64,000 nucleotides of DNA from Phyllobates terribilis (taxonomy: Eukaryota). A model generated the notes under the pieces. It saw only the letters and a program-made list of their open reading frames with translations, ran no database searches and had not been told where the DNA came from. The stretch spans positions 358,794,001 to 358,858,000 of the forward strand of contig NW_027362769.1 of the NCBI RefSeq assembly GCF_046119375.1. Direction: 5' to 3'. Below are positions 31,733-44,492 of this stretch, in pieces (the first letter of the stretch is position 1; each line of letters begins with the position of its first letter). The position numbers were made by a program, and so were the translations under genes.

Positions 31733-33382
31733 CAGTCATATGAAAAAGTTTGGGCACCCCTATTAATCTTAAGCTTAATGTTTTATAAAAATTGGTGTTT
31801 TTGCAACAGCTATTTCAGTTTGATATATGTAATAACTGTTGGACACAGTAATGTTTCTGCCTTGAAATGAGGTTTATTGTACTAACAGAAAATGTGCAAT
31901 CTGCATTCAAACAAAATTTGAAAGGTGCATAAGTATGGGCACCCTTATCATTTTCTTGTTTTAAATACTCCTACCTACTTTTTACTGACTTACTAAAGCA
32001 CTTTTTTTGGTTTTGTAACCTCATGGAGCTTTGAACTTTATAGCCAGGTTTATGCAATCATGAGAAAAGCTACTTAAAGTGGCCACTTGCAAGTTGTTCT
32101 CCTGTTTGAATCTCCTCTGAAGAGTGGCATCATGTGCTCCTCAAAACAACTGTCAAATGATCTGAAAACAAAGATTATTCAACATAGTTGTTCAGGGGAA
32201 GCATACAAAAAGCTGTCTCAGAGATTTAACCTGTCAGTTTCCATTGTGAGGAACATAGTAAGGAAATGGAAGAACACAGGGACAGTTCTTGTTAAGGCCA
32301 GAAGTGGCAGGCCAAGAAAAACATCAGAAAGGCAGAGAAGAAGAATGGTGAGATCAGTCAAGGACAATCCTCAGACCACCTCCAGAGAGCTGCAGCATCA
32401 ACTTGCTGCAGATGGTGTCATTGTGCATCGGTCAACTATACAAGGCACTTTGCACAAGGAGAAGCTGTATGGGAGAGTGATGCGAAAGAAGCCGTTTCTG
32501 CAAGCACGCCACAAACAGAGTTGGCTGAGGTATGCAAAAGCACATTTGGAGAAGCCAATTTCTTTTTGGAAGAAGGTCCTGTGGACTGATGAAATCAAGA
32601 TTGAGTTATTTGGTCATACAAAAAGGCGTTATGCATGGTGGCAAAAAAACACAGCATTCCAAGAAAAACACTTGCTACCCACAGTAAAATTTGGTGGAGG
32701 TTCCATCATGCTTTGGGGCTGTGTGGTCAATGCTGGCACTGGGAATCTTGTTAAAGTTGAGGGACGCATGGATTCCACTCAGTATCAGCAGATTCTTGAC
32801 AATAGTGTTCAAGAATCAGTGATAAATATGAAGTTACAAAGTGGATGGATCTTTCAGCAAGACAATGATCCAAAACACCGCTCCAAATCTACTCAGGCAT
32901 TCATGCAGAGGAACAATTACAATGTTCTGGAATGGCCATCCCAGTCCCCAGACCTGAATATCATTGAACATCTGTGGGATCATTTGAAGAGGGCTGTCCA
33001 TGCTCGGCGACCATCAAACTTAACTGAACTGGAATTGTTTTGTAAAGAGGAATGGTCAAAAATACCTTCATCCAGGATCCAGGAACTCATTAAAAGCTAC
33101 AGGAAGCGACTAGAGGCTGTTATTTTTGCAAAAGGAGGATCTACTAACTATTAATGTCACTTTTCTGGTGAGGTGCCCATACTTATGCACCTGTCAAATT
33201 TTGTTTGAATGCAGATTGCACATTTTCTGTTAGTACAATGAACCTCATTTCAAGGCAGAAACATTACTGTATCCAACAGTTATTACATATATCAAACTGA
33301 AATAGCTGTTGCAAAAACACCAACTTTTATAGAACATTAAGCTTAAGATTAATAGGGGTGCCCAAACTTTTTCATATGACTG
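31733..33382 (+). mobile_element. Full-length Tc1 (1650 bp)
   Basis: TA|CAGTCATATGAAAAAGTTTGGGCACCCC ... GGGGTGCCCAAACTTTTTCATATGACTG|TA; inverted repeats of about 220 bp. Confidence 0.97.
32132..33154 (+). CDS. Open Tc1 transposase, 340 aa, DD34E
   Basis: ATG at 32132. GRPR, WTDE, QQDNDPKH and SPDLNIIE motifs with exactly 34 residues between D and E. No stops. Confidence 0.9.
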   Translation: MCSSKQLSNDLKTKIIQHSCSGEAYKKLSQRFNLSVSIVRNIVRKWKNTGTVLVKARSGRPRKTSERQRRRMVRSVKDNPQTTSRELQHQLAADGVIVHRSTIQGTLHKEKLYGRVMRKKPFLQARHKQSWLRYAKAHLEKPISFWKKVLWTDEIKIELFGHTKRRYAWWQKNTAFQEKHLLPTVKFGGGSIMLWGCVVNAGTGNLVKVEGRMDSTQYQQILDNSVQESVINMKLQSGWIFQQDNDPKHRSKSTQAFMQRNNYNVLEWPSQSPDLNIIEHLWDHLKRAVHARRPSNLTELELFCKEEWSKIPSSRIQELIKSYRKRLEAVIFAKGGSTNY

Positions 33383-34700
33383 TATGTCCTTTTCCCCCGT
33401 GTTTAAAAGTTGGGAGGGATTAACCGCCATGTGAATGCGGTTATGTACCTTGACTATGTCTTCTTTGCCATATTTTTTTTGCAGGGGGTGGGGGTATCAA
33501 CACAGATTTTTGTTATGGGGCCTATGATTTCTATGTACACCCCTGTTCTCTTTAAGTGGAATTTTAAGATTTCATTTTTTTTACTCCCCTGTTGGCTACA
33601 AGTCATTACTGGATACAAATTACTGTCCCCGCTTCCCCTCGAATGGTAGAGAACTAGAGATGAAACATCTTTTTACATTTATTCGAGGATTCCCTGTAAT
33701 GCTTTCTCTGTCTGGAACACTTTACCTACAGTTGACTGCATTTGACAGCACCCCAGTTTGAAAGCAATCCAACTCCCACCAACACTGGCTAAACCCAGTT
33801 CTTCCTTTATCTGCATTTTCGAGACCCACCATACTTTTTGAAACTACTTTCTGTGCACTACTGATTTTTTTTCCATAAAACTGCCCCTTTTGAAAGACCA
33901 CCACCCTTTAAACCCATTCCCGCCCCCTGGACTTGTGTTTGGGAATCTGATGATGTAGCATCCCAGTGCCAAGCACAGGGAACACTCTTATTCTGATTTT
34001 GAAGAGTCTTCTAAAATGCCCAAGATACCTGAAAGCACCTCCGGGAGTCCAGGTGGTCTACAATTTTTCTTGGGATCCTCCTGGTCATTTTGGGAGAGAA
34101 GGCCCAATTCAATCAATGTTCCTATGCTTACTTCTGGAATCTACCTTTCAGGAAAACAAATGTTCTCTGATGGATGTTCAGCAGTCCTAATCAACCAAGA
34201 AGAGATGGCCATGCACCCATGGTGGTCTTTCTTTTGAAGTCTAAGGAAATTGTGTCTACTTTTATGCACATAGCAATGCTTGGACACCTCTCTTATACAT
34301 AGCTGTAAAAAAGGGTCATATAGGGTCCAGGTCCAATAATTGGGCCTGAGTCACCTCCATTAATCTTAAATTATCTATTTCTCTATGCATGTGGACCAGA
34401 AGATGCCAAAATAATGGCTCAAAAGGAGAAATATTATAATCCCTATAAATTATTACTAAACATGAACTGAAACATGAACTCCATCACGTATCATCAATAA
34501 GATTTTACCCAACCTACATTTGGAATCTGTTTTCTGGTAAGGATATGCCATCAATGGAAAACCCCTTTAAAGATTATTATGATGATACAGCTTAAAATCT
34601 TTATCAGCCAGACGTTTAGATTTGTTAATCCAAGAGAAATACACTATTATTTTTGTGTTGACTTCTATTGGTCTGTGGAACAATGTATGTTTGCTAATTA

Positions 34701-35560
34701 TGTTGATTAACCTTTGTCGTCCCTGTGGCTTATTGACTCACAAGACAGGAGGACACACTAAGCAAATTCATTAAATGCTCAAACAATGAGACATGAGGCT
34801 GCCCTTCCCCCAACCTGTGGATGGATACTTAAAAAGGCATGTGCTTCTTTAGCAGGGGAGACTTGGAACAGAAATTAGAAAGAGACTTTAAAGTGAAAGT
34901 CAAGGTTCAGACTCTATCACACCATCAGCTTGGAAGCATGGCTTTACCTAAAGAGACACAGATTTGGATTCTACATGATTCTAATCTAATGGTATATAGC
35001 CCTGACTGGAAAGATACGGATCTGCTCCATTAACCATCAGAGACACCATGGATACATTTGGGGAGACCAGGTTGGGACAATTATGTCACCTGGCCCCATA
35101 GATATGTTGCTTGGGGTTGCAAGATGGGACCCTCCCGTTGCCTGGAACCCATGGAGACATTGGGAGAAGCCAGATTGGGATCAGTCGGTCATCTGGCCCC
35201 ATGGAAACTCTCGGAGAGACCAGGGTGGGACCCTCGGGTCCCCTGGCCTTGTACCTCGATGAACTGTCGGCTTCCTAAGCTTGCTGATACCTTCTCTCTG
35301 TGGGGGCCTGCGAGAAGCGGAGGGCCACTGGTTAAGGTAGTTGTCCCTGGAAGTCCCAAAGGTGTAGCTGTTCTATCTCAGGCGGGCGGAGCAGAAGGGT
35401 GAGACTGTGTAATGTTGTACCATCTTGGGTATTTGCTGGGACTGTTCTGTGTGTTTATAGCCCGTTTTGTGGTTCAATAAAGTAATGCCACGCTGCTTTA
35501 CCATTACCCTGTGTTATCTGAGTAGTGTTTCGCCCACGGAAGACCCCCCAGGTCTTCACG
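34701..35560 (+). mobile_element. Possible solo LTR
   Basis: Starts TG, ends TTCACG, ATTA on both flanks, AATAAA near 35476, three ~52-bp internal repeats. Left boundary uncertain. Confidence 0.4.
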
Positions 35561-36041
35561 ATTATAAACACCTTTAGGAATATTTTTGGCTTCTTAATTT
35601 GCATTTATTTTCGGATAAAAGTTATTTTTGCTACTGGATTTCATTAAAAATGTTGCACCATTTGGTTTTTATAGACTCTTTATCTCTCTGCATCTGGCTG
35701 ACTGCAGAAGGAGTTAACAGAGAAATTATCAGTGAGCTCGCTCTGATAGGAGAGGTTGTACCTCTTTTGTGTGCTTTCTTCTGAACTCCTCTGCTCTGAT
35801 TTTTTACAAAAAGCTAAAAAAAAGATATAAAAAAGCTACAAACTCCCCATCAGAACTAACTCACTGCCAAATTATAATTTAACTCATTTTGCAGCTTTTA
35901 GTGTGCAGAGAAACAAGGAGCTTCTAAAAGCCAAACGGTGCAAAATTTTTAATGTAATCCAATTGCAAAAATATTTTTTTAACCCAACATACGTGTATTT
36001 ATGTCAAATCAAATTACCCTAAAGGTTTCCAAATCCTTTAA

Positions 36042-36830
36042 CCCCTTCACAACATATGATGCATATTTACGTCATATGTCGCGTCCCTGACTTTGATGCA
36101 GGCTCTGGCAATGCACCCGCATCTTTCCCCGCACATGACAGTTGATTTAATCAGCTGTCATGTGCCTTTAACAGTCGGATTTAACATCTTTGACAGCAGG
36201 ATTTAACAAGCACCACCCGGAAGAGCACCACAAGTACCGCCCCTCGGTGCCCCTGTCACGTGATCAGAGGGCGCTGATGGATTGTCATTAGAGCCGGGAG
36301 TCTACAGAAGACCCCCGTGCCTGGCATTTTGAATCTCCTGTGAACGCCGGTTTGTGGCCGGCGTTCAAAGGAGATCGGTACTTTTGCTATATATAGCAGT
36401 GCTGAAGCACTTCTATATGTAGCACAGGTGATCGGATAATCGCAGCTTTAAGTCTCCTAAGGGGACAATTGAAGACAGTAAAAAGTGAAAAAAAAAGTTT
36501 TTAAAAATATGAAAAAATTAACAAAAAAACCACAAAAGTTCAAATCACCCTCCTTTTGCCCCATTGAAAAATAAACTAGACATGTTTGGTATCTGTGTAC
36601 TCGTACTATCCTGGAGAATCATATTGCCAGGTCAGTTTTACCATATAGTGAACATGGTAAATAAAAAACTCAAAAAAACAATTGTGGAATTGCACATTTT
36701 TTGCAATTTCATCGCACTTGGAATTTTTTTTCCAGTTACCAGTACACTATATGGTAAAATCAATGGAGTCATTCAAAAGTACAACTGGTCCCACAAAAGA
36801 CAAGCACTTACATAGCCATATTTAATGAAA
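36042..36830. mobile_element. piggyBac-type non-autonomous element fragment
   Basis: TTAA|CCCCTT terminus; other end not found. Confidence 0.45.
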
Positions 36831-37797
36831 AATAACACAACCCCCATCATGTGCCATTCATTGGTCACTGTGTGAACAGTGTGTACATTTCTTCCCTTTA
36901 CTAAATATTTGATATTTTTGGTGTAAAATGTAATTATATTCCCAGCTTTGATTTATTATTATATGATTAAACTAAAGACTTAGTCATGTCTTCTGCAGCC
37001 CGATGGGATTATGTTACTATGAATTTTCTCCTAGATTATATCTCTCACATCGTCTTTACCATTGACAGTTCCCTTAAATATGATCCATATCTGGTTTTCA
37101 CATCCAGTCTTTAATCTTTCATTTTTCTTCGCCTGCCATGATCTAGTCATCTTCATCTCCTTTATGTCAAGATCTGAGCATGAGAATGAGTTTAAAGGAG
37201 TGTTGTCATCAGAAAATGACTTATTGTTTAAATCAAGTTTTTAATTTAAATTTTTAATTTATTTTGTTTTTCATATATGAAAAAAGATGTTAAATATCTG
37301 TCAATTTTCAAACTGGACACTAGGCATAATATTAGGCTCCTACTTCTAATTAGCAATAGACTGATTCAGACCCTATTTGTATATATAAGTGCAATAGGTA
37401 AGGACGCTCTCATGTGGGCAAAGGTCATTGTGCAGGAAGGGAGAGGAGGTGAGCTGTAAAATCAGTTATTGAGAATAGGGGATCCTGTGTTATCTACTGT
37501 ATACAGAGGTGTAATAAGTTATTGTACAGGAGGAGGAGGCGGGGAGCTGTGATATCACCTATTGTGAATGGTTGATCCTGTGTTATATACTGTATATAGA
37601 GATGTTATCAGTCATTGTACAGGAAGAGGAGGTGAGCTGTGACATCACCTATTGTGAATGGTGGACCCTGTATTATCCACTGTATACAGAGGTGTTAACT
37701 GGCATTGTACAGGAGGAGGAGGTGGGGAGCTGTGCTATCACCTATTGTGAATGGTTGATCCTGTGTGATCTGCTATATATAGAGTGGTTATTAGTCA

Positions 37798-39642
37798 CTA
37801 GATGGTGGCCCGATTCTAATCCATCGGGTATTCTAGAATATGTATGTGGCCGACCGGGCACAATCAGCAAAACGGTGTTTAAATTTGGCGGCAAGATCGG
37901 TGATTGGTCACGGGTGGCGGCCGCGACCAATCAGCGAACTGTGTTAGTGAGGACCGGAGAGCTTGTTTAAATTTGGCGATAAAATCGACCAATCAGCAGA
38001 GCGTTGTTTAAATTTGGTGGCAATCTCGCTGATTGGTCTCCGCCGGCCGGCGGCCGGGACCAATGAGCAGAGCGGTGTTTAAATTTGGCGCCAAAATCGC
38101 TGATTGGTAGCGGTCGCTGGCGGCCGCGACCAATCAGCACAGCGGTGTTTACATTTGGCGCCAATCTCGCTGATTGGTCGCGGTCGGCCGGCGGCCGCGA
38201 CCAATCAGCAGAGCTGCGTTTAAATTTGCAGCCTATATCGCTGATTGGTCGCGGCCGGCCACTGCGACCAATCAGCAGAGCGGCGTTTAAATTTGCCGCC
38301 AATCTCGCTGATTGGTCGCGGTGGCCGGCCGCGATTAATCAGCAGAGCGGCGTTTAAATTTGCCGCCCATCTCGCTGATTGGTTGCGGCCGGCCACCGCG
38401 ACCAATCAGCAGAGCGGCGTTTAAATTTGCCGGCCATCTCGCTGATTGGTTACGGTGGCCGGCTGCGACGAATCAGCAGAGCGGCGTTTAAATTTGCCGC
38501 CCATCTCGCTGATTGGTCGCGGTAGCCTGCCGCCGCGACCAAGCAGCAGAGCGTTGTTTAAATTTGGCGCCAATCTCGCAGATTGGACGCGTCTGGCATC
38601 CACGACCAATCAGCAGAGCGTTGTTTAAATTTGGCGCCAAGCTCGCTGATTGGTCGTGGCTGGTGTCCGCGACCAATTAGCACAGCAGTGTTTAAATGTG
38701 GCGTCAAAATTGGTGATTGGTCGCGGCAGCTATTTAAATGTGCCGCCCAAATCGGTGATTGGTCGCGGGCAGGAGAGCGCGACCAATCAGCGAATCGTAT
38801 TGGTGAGGAGCGGGGAGCGGAATCATATTAGTGAGGACCGGGGAGCGGGGCTGCCTGTGCGGCTACTTCCGCTGCGAGAAGCCGGGACATGAGCGACTGC
38901 TCGCAGCAGAAGTATCCCGACCCGCAGCGCCGCTCCCCGGTCCTCCCTTGACACCCTAGCCGCTGATGTCCCCACAGTATCCGCATGGTGTTACAAAGGT
39001 CCGGACATTTGTGTTAAAAACCGCTGATTGGTCGCGGGCGCTGCCCGCGACCAATCACCGATTTGGGCGCCAAGTTTAAATATCGGCCGCGACCAATCAC
39101 CGATCTTGGCTCCACATTTAAACACCGCTGTGCTGATTGGTCGCGGCCGAAATTTAAATGTGGCGCCCAAATCGGTGATTGGTCGGGGGCAGTGTCCGCG
39201 ACCAATCAGCACAGCGGGGTTTAACTTTTGCGGTAAGATCAGTGATTGGTCGGGTCCGAAGACCGCGACCAATCATCGAATCGTCTTGGTGAGCACCGGG
39301 GAGCGGCGCTGCCTGTCCGGGTACTTCTGCTGCGAGAACCCGGGACATGAGCGGGCGCTCGCAGCAGAAGTATCCCGACCCGCAGCGCCGCTCCCCGGTC
39401 CTCTCTTCCGCATGGAGGTCAGTGACGCCGGTGGTCCTTCCGCTGCTACCGGCCGGGAGATGAGCACCTCGCGGCGCTCATCTCCCGGCTGCATCGCCGC
39501 TCAGCTCCGTCCCGCAGATGAGCCGCTAACGGCCGCCATCTTTTTTCAGAAATCCCGCGGCGCTGATTGGCCGCTGCCGGACCAATGAGCGACGCGGGAT
39601 TTCCTGGACAGACAGACGGGATAAGACGATTATATATATAGA
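37798..39642 (-). mobile_element. Non-autonomous Helitron (1845 bp)
   Basis: On the minus strand it starts TC and ends CTAG. CCCGAT/ATCGGG hairpin 7 nt before CTAG. Inserted between A and T with no TSD; the empty site GTCA/TTGTAC restores the satellite unit. Confidence 0.88.
37865..39280. repeat. ~68-bp tandem array of CCAAT-box hairpins inside the Helitron
   Basis: GCTGATTGGTCGCGG..CCGCGACCAATCAGC inverted arms plus TTTAAAT per unit. Confidence 0.85.
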
Positions 39643-39999
39643 TTGTACAGGAGGAGGAGGTGAGATGTGACATCACCTATTGTGAATGGTGTATCCTGTG
39701 TTATCTACTGTATATAGAGGTGTTATCAGCCATTGTACAGGAGGGGGAAGTGAGCTGTGACATCACCTATTGTGAATGGTGGATCCTGTGTTATCTACTG
39801 TATATAGAGGTGTTATCAGTCATTATACAGGAGGGGAGGAGGAGAGCTGTGATATCACCTATTGTGAATGGTGGATCCTGTGTTATCTACTGTATATAGA
39901 GGTGTTATCAGTCACTGTACAGGATGGGGAGGAGATGAGCTGTGACATCACCTATTAAGAATAATGGGCCCCTTCAAGTCCCTATGACCACTCATTGGT

Positions 40000-40800
40000 T
40001 ATGGTGAGTGCATTAGAGAACGTACCACGCTGTACTCGGGAGTCCCCAGAACTGAAATACCTCTATGAAAGTCATGAACCCTAATGAGACATAAGGAGAG
40101 GAGTTATTCTGGCTGGCCAAGTGTCTTGTTACTGCTTTGATCGTTGTACTTGGAAACCTCTCCTGATAGAACGTGGTTGTTCTCAGTATCTGGAGCGCTT
40201 CATGTGATCCTGCTTGTGATATTTGCCTTGATTTTGGTATTTTTCTAAGATATATGCATTAGCCCCCAGCATTGTTGTACCTGCTTTTTCCATACACCTC
40301 TTTCTTCTGGTCTTTGAATCAAATGTTTTTCGCAACCTCTAAACGAGATTATTAAACGTGCTCCCCAGGTCCTGAGCAAAATCAATTCTTATCGATCCAC
40401 TTCCTGAGTTTCAAGATGCCTCCGAACAGCAGCTGAAAGACTCTTCAGAAACCGTCCTCACCAACCAATAAAAATATATCTGTTTAACAAGAGACAAGTC
40501 GGATACGTGCGGGATCCGCGGTCCACAGAGGAACGCCGCACTGTACTCTGCAGCACGTGAACATCTACAAAAGGGGCGAAACACCATGAAAATCTTGTCC
40601 ATTTCTTCTATTACATTGTGCTCATGAAATCCATGTAGAATTGTCCAATTGCTGCAACTGCACCAAGACTTCAGTCCTGCCAGTGGATAAACCTTGTTGC
40701 AATATCAGCATTTCTTTTGGAAAAAACAAAAGTTGAAAAATGTCCTTGACATGGACGAATTTCACGATGGGTATAAGGTGGCTGGAGACTTTCTTCCCAT
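40000..40800 (-). pseudogene. Degraded Penelope-like element remnant (RT/GIY-YIG)
   Basis: By-eye resemblance: RYI..FIGW to RYIDDIF.W, and CIYLRK..VTRHL..N.S..LGFMTFIEV to the GIY-YIG C-terminus. Confidence 0.35.
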
Positions 40801-40855
40801 AAAGGAACAAAGTTGCAGAATGATCATGGTAATCCTATGATTTTACCGTGAGGAC

Positions 40856-41128
40856 TAGAGATGAGCGAATCCGAACGTAAAAGTTAGTATATGGTGTTAA
40901 ATGCCGAATGCGGACTTTCCCCCATAGTTCGTTGCAATGTTCGGCGTTCCGGGGGAAGAGAGATTTTTTTTTTCTTACCAAGACCCAAAGTTTGGGCCTC
41001 CATTGTCTCCAATGGAGTTCGGGTTCTAGTTCAAGGTCGGATATAATTCTGGTACCCAAACTGAACTTTGGAATAAAGTTCAGGTCAGGCACCAAAACCC
41101 CAAACTTCCACTGGTCCTCTCATCCCTA
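40856..41128. mobile_element. hAT-type MITE
   Basis: TAGAGATGAG / CTCATCCCTA TIRs; decayed 8-bp TSD (GTGAGGAC vs GAGAGGAT). Confidence 0.65.
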
Positions 41129-43079
41129 GAGAGGATGCCATAACGAGGTATATCTCTAGCCTACAAACAACCTTGTGATTAGAGAAAAATGTCCAACATA
41201 ATCAAACTGTTTTGGTGTTGATGTCAATTCTTTTACTCCAGAATCCGATAATCCATCAAAAAATCAAATAATTCGTCACTGATTTCTAGCTAGGAACCCC
41301 AATATGTATGGAATTTCCTCACATTCACATGTTCAGTATTCGGTCAGTATTTTACATCTGTATTTCTGGGTGAAAAATACAGAAATGGTGACGTGTTTCT
41401 ATTATACATTTTCTCTGATTGTTCCACTCTTGGTTTTGGCTTACAAATACTGATGGAAAATACTGACAAAATAATGAACGTGTGAACATGGCCTTAGCCA
41501 AAATTGGTGTAATATGTCTCTTACTTGCCAGTTCTTCCAGGACATCTAAGAGGCTCCTGGGAAAAGTTGAAGATCTCCCAGAAGAGTTGGTAAATCTTTT
41601 GGGCAGGTCAGAAGCCTTCTGCAACCCCCCAGTAACAGAAGCCCCTGAAGGCTTCCTCTGTGCTCAAACCTACATTCAAAGGCAGGAAAAGGGTCTGTGG
41701 GTGGGGGATGTGGTCTATAAAATGGGGGGTGATTACATGAAAAATAAGAAATCCATTCTGCGCAATGGAGACTGCCATAAGGCCAATTCAAAAAGTCACT
41801 ATGAATGACATACTATATCTTGATCTTTCTGAATATTCTTTACCAGAGTACTTGGGGTTCAAATGCTTCTCTATGTCCAGATTGTAATCCACAATATTTC
41901 ATAATCTGGTTTTGTTAAAAAGGGTTGTCTCATTTTATCAAAATTGAAAAATTCTTGTAAAAAATTAGCAACTTTAAAAATTACCTCGTATTTTCTGTTC
42001 TCAATAACTGAGGAATTTTTAATTTTATCCTTTACGGATAGTTGCCTAGGTTATCGGCCACCACTTAGGTGGCCAGTTTCCTATGCAAGGAAGCTCTTTG
42101 CTATACAGCTGCTCTGAAGCTGGCAGGATCACTGCTTACCGCCAGCTTCAGTCCTCCTGTGCTCCTCTGATGCTACACAGGAAAAGCTTGACTGTGCCGC
42201 TGATCTGACCTGTCAGTCTTCAGGAGCACACCGCCCCCGGGCAAGCAGGAAGCCGGGAGGCAGAGGAGTAGTGCGCTCCTGAAGATAGGATCTTGGGAAA
42301 ACCCCAATAAAATTGTGCTAATGGACCTTTTCTGTAATTAGACAACACAGGACATTGGATTGGGACAAAGAGAGGGGTTTAGTTATAGGGGTGCCAAGGT
42401 AGCAGCGGTCCGAGTGGCGTAAAGACGAAGGCCACTTAGGAAGATGTCAGTATTATAGATGGCACATGATAGTGGACTTATTTTTTTTATTTCAGCCTCA
42501 AGACCTTCAAGTTAAACCTTCGAGACCAACATATTGCAAATGTTCATTTCTACGTCTCGTCTTCCTCGGTGCACAAAAGCATATGGCACGGCCTGGCTAT
42601 AACCCGAACAGGGCTGTAATGATCCCATATAGGTCCCATTAGCGCTAAGTAGTTTGTGCATTCAGCAGGAGAGCAGTGACAGGACTCAGAGGATCACAGC
42701 TAATAAATATTCCCCCGTTATTATTTCATGACTTTCGGGAACGTTCCGACCGTGAATACATTGACAGCGACTCTCCGGGGGCCGACACTCATGTTTGTAG
42801 TACATGCCGCCTTTTCATCCTCTGCTATCTTGTGATTATATTAAAGTAATTAATAAAATTATCATCACTAATAGTCACGACCTGAAAACTATTTACCTAT
42901 TGTGTAGAGGTATGTACACATTGTATACTGTATGTACAACATATACACAGATATAATGGAATTCTGCAAATGGAGAGTATATCCAGGCAATATGCATATT
43001 TATTACACAATTTATTAAACTAGGTTATCATAATGCTATGGAGATTTTTGAGTTTGTGTATTTGAATAATTAATTGTAA

Positions 43080-44448
43080 GGAGGAGTGTTCAAAATAATA
43101 GCAGTGTGGAGTTCGATTAGTGAAGTCAATCATTTTGTGAAAAAACAGCTATGAATCAGATGGCCCTTATTTAATGGTGAAACCAGCACATGTTGTACAT
43201 GCATTTCTCCTTGAAAGCCTGAGAAATATGTATAGATTGAGACATTGTTCAGAAGAATAGCTCACTTTGATTACAAATTTGATTGGAGAGGGTAAAACTT
43301 ATAAAGAAGTGCAGACAATGATAGGCTGTTCAGCTAAAATGATCTCCAATGCTTTAAAATGGAAAGAAAAAACAGAGAGACGTGGAAGAAAACGGAAGGC
43401 TACCATTCGAATGGATCGAAGAATAGCCAGAATGGCAAAGGCTCAGCCAATGATCAGCTCCAGGATGATCAAAGACAGTCTCAAGTTACCTGTGAGTACT
43501 GTGACAGTTAGAAGATACCTGTGTGAAGCTAATCTCTTAGCAAGAAGTCCCCGCAAAGTCCCACTGTTAAAAAAAAAGACATGTACTGAAGCGGATACAA
43601 TTTGCCAAAGAACACATCAACTGGCCTAAAGAGAAATATTTTGTGGACTGATGAAAGTAAAATTGTTCTTTTTGGGTCCAAGGGCCACAGACAGTTCAGA
43701 CAACCCCCAAACTCTGCATTCAAGCCACAGTACACTCTGAAGACAGTGAAGCATGGTGGTGCAAGCATCATAATATGGGCATGTTTCTCTTACTATGGTG
43801 CCGGATCTATTTACCGCATACCAGGGATCATGGACCAGTTTGCATATATTAAAATACTTGAAGAGGATATGCCCTTGAAATGGGTGTTTCAACAAGGCAA
43901 CGACCCTAAACACACCAGTAAACTAGCAAAATCTTGGTTCCAGTCCAACAAAATTGAGGTTATGGAGTGGCCAGCCCAATCCCCGGACCTTAATCCAATA
44001 GAACACTTGTGGGGTAACATCAAAAATGCCGTTTCTGAGGCAAAGCCAGCAAATGCCCAAAAATTGTGGGATGTGTCAAAGCATCCTGGGCTGGAACAAC
44101 AGCTGACAGGAGCCAGAAGTTGGTTGACTCTATGCAACATAGATGTGAAGCAGTTCTAAATAACTGTGGGTATACAACTAAATATTAGATTAGTGATTCA
44201 CAGGAATGCTAAATCCTCAAAAAAAAAAAGAAGAGTACATATTGTGAGTTTGTAAACACAAATGCAGACACTGCTATTTTTTAGAACAGCCCAATGTTCA
44301 TGTTTTGTTATTTTCTGTAAATGTAAAAATTATATACATTTCTCTTCATGTTTTGAATTAGAAAACAGTGTGCAATGTTCCCAGTGCATGGAAATAAAAA
44401 CTAGTATAAAGATTTTGTGCTTAACTCATGTTTTTGAAGACACTACTG
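43080..44448 (+). mobile_element. Degraded Tc1 with transposase pseudogene at about 43228-44188
   Basis: GEGKTYKEVQ..GRKRK, WTDESK, QQGNDPKH and SPDLNPIE fragments; right end CACTACTG|TA. Confidence 0.85.
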
Positions 44449-44492
44449 TATTATTTCTCCTACGGCTAGATAAAAAATGTAGACCCTTTTTA

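Larger units (their letters stand above)
37480..39955. repeat. ~90-bp satellite (37480-37797 and 39643-39955) split by a Helitron
   Basis: GATCCTGTGTTATCTACTGTATATAGAGGTGTTATCAGTCATTGTACAGGAGGAGGAGGTGAGCTGTGACATCACCTATTGTGAATGG units on both sides. Confidence 0.85.

Noticed and set aside
32087-32131. TTG start of the 355-aa ORF
   Set aside because: ATG at 32132 gives the typical 340-aa Tc1 transposase.
37865-39280. CRISPR-like appearance (palindromic repeats with variable loops)
   Set aside because: The loops are short and related to each other, there are no cas genes, and the array lies inside a eukaryotic Helitron.
41482-41808. 108-aa ORF and its antisense partner
   Set aside because: No splice context or recognisable motif; it starts within a MITE end and is probably TE debris.
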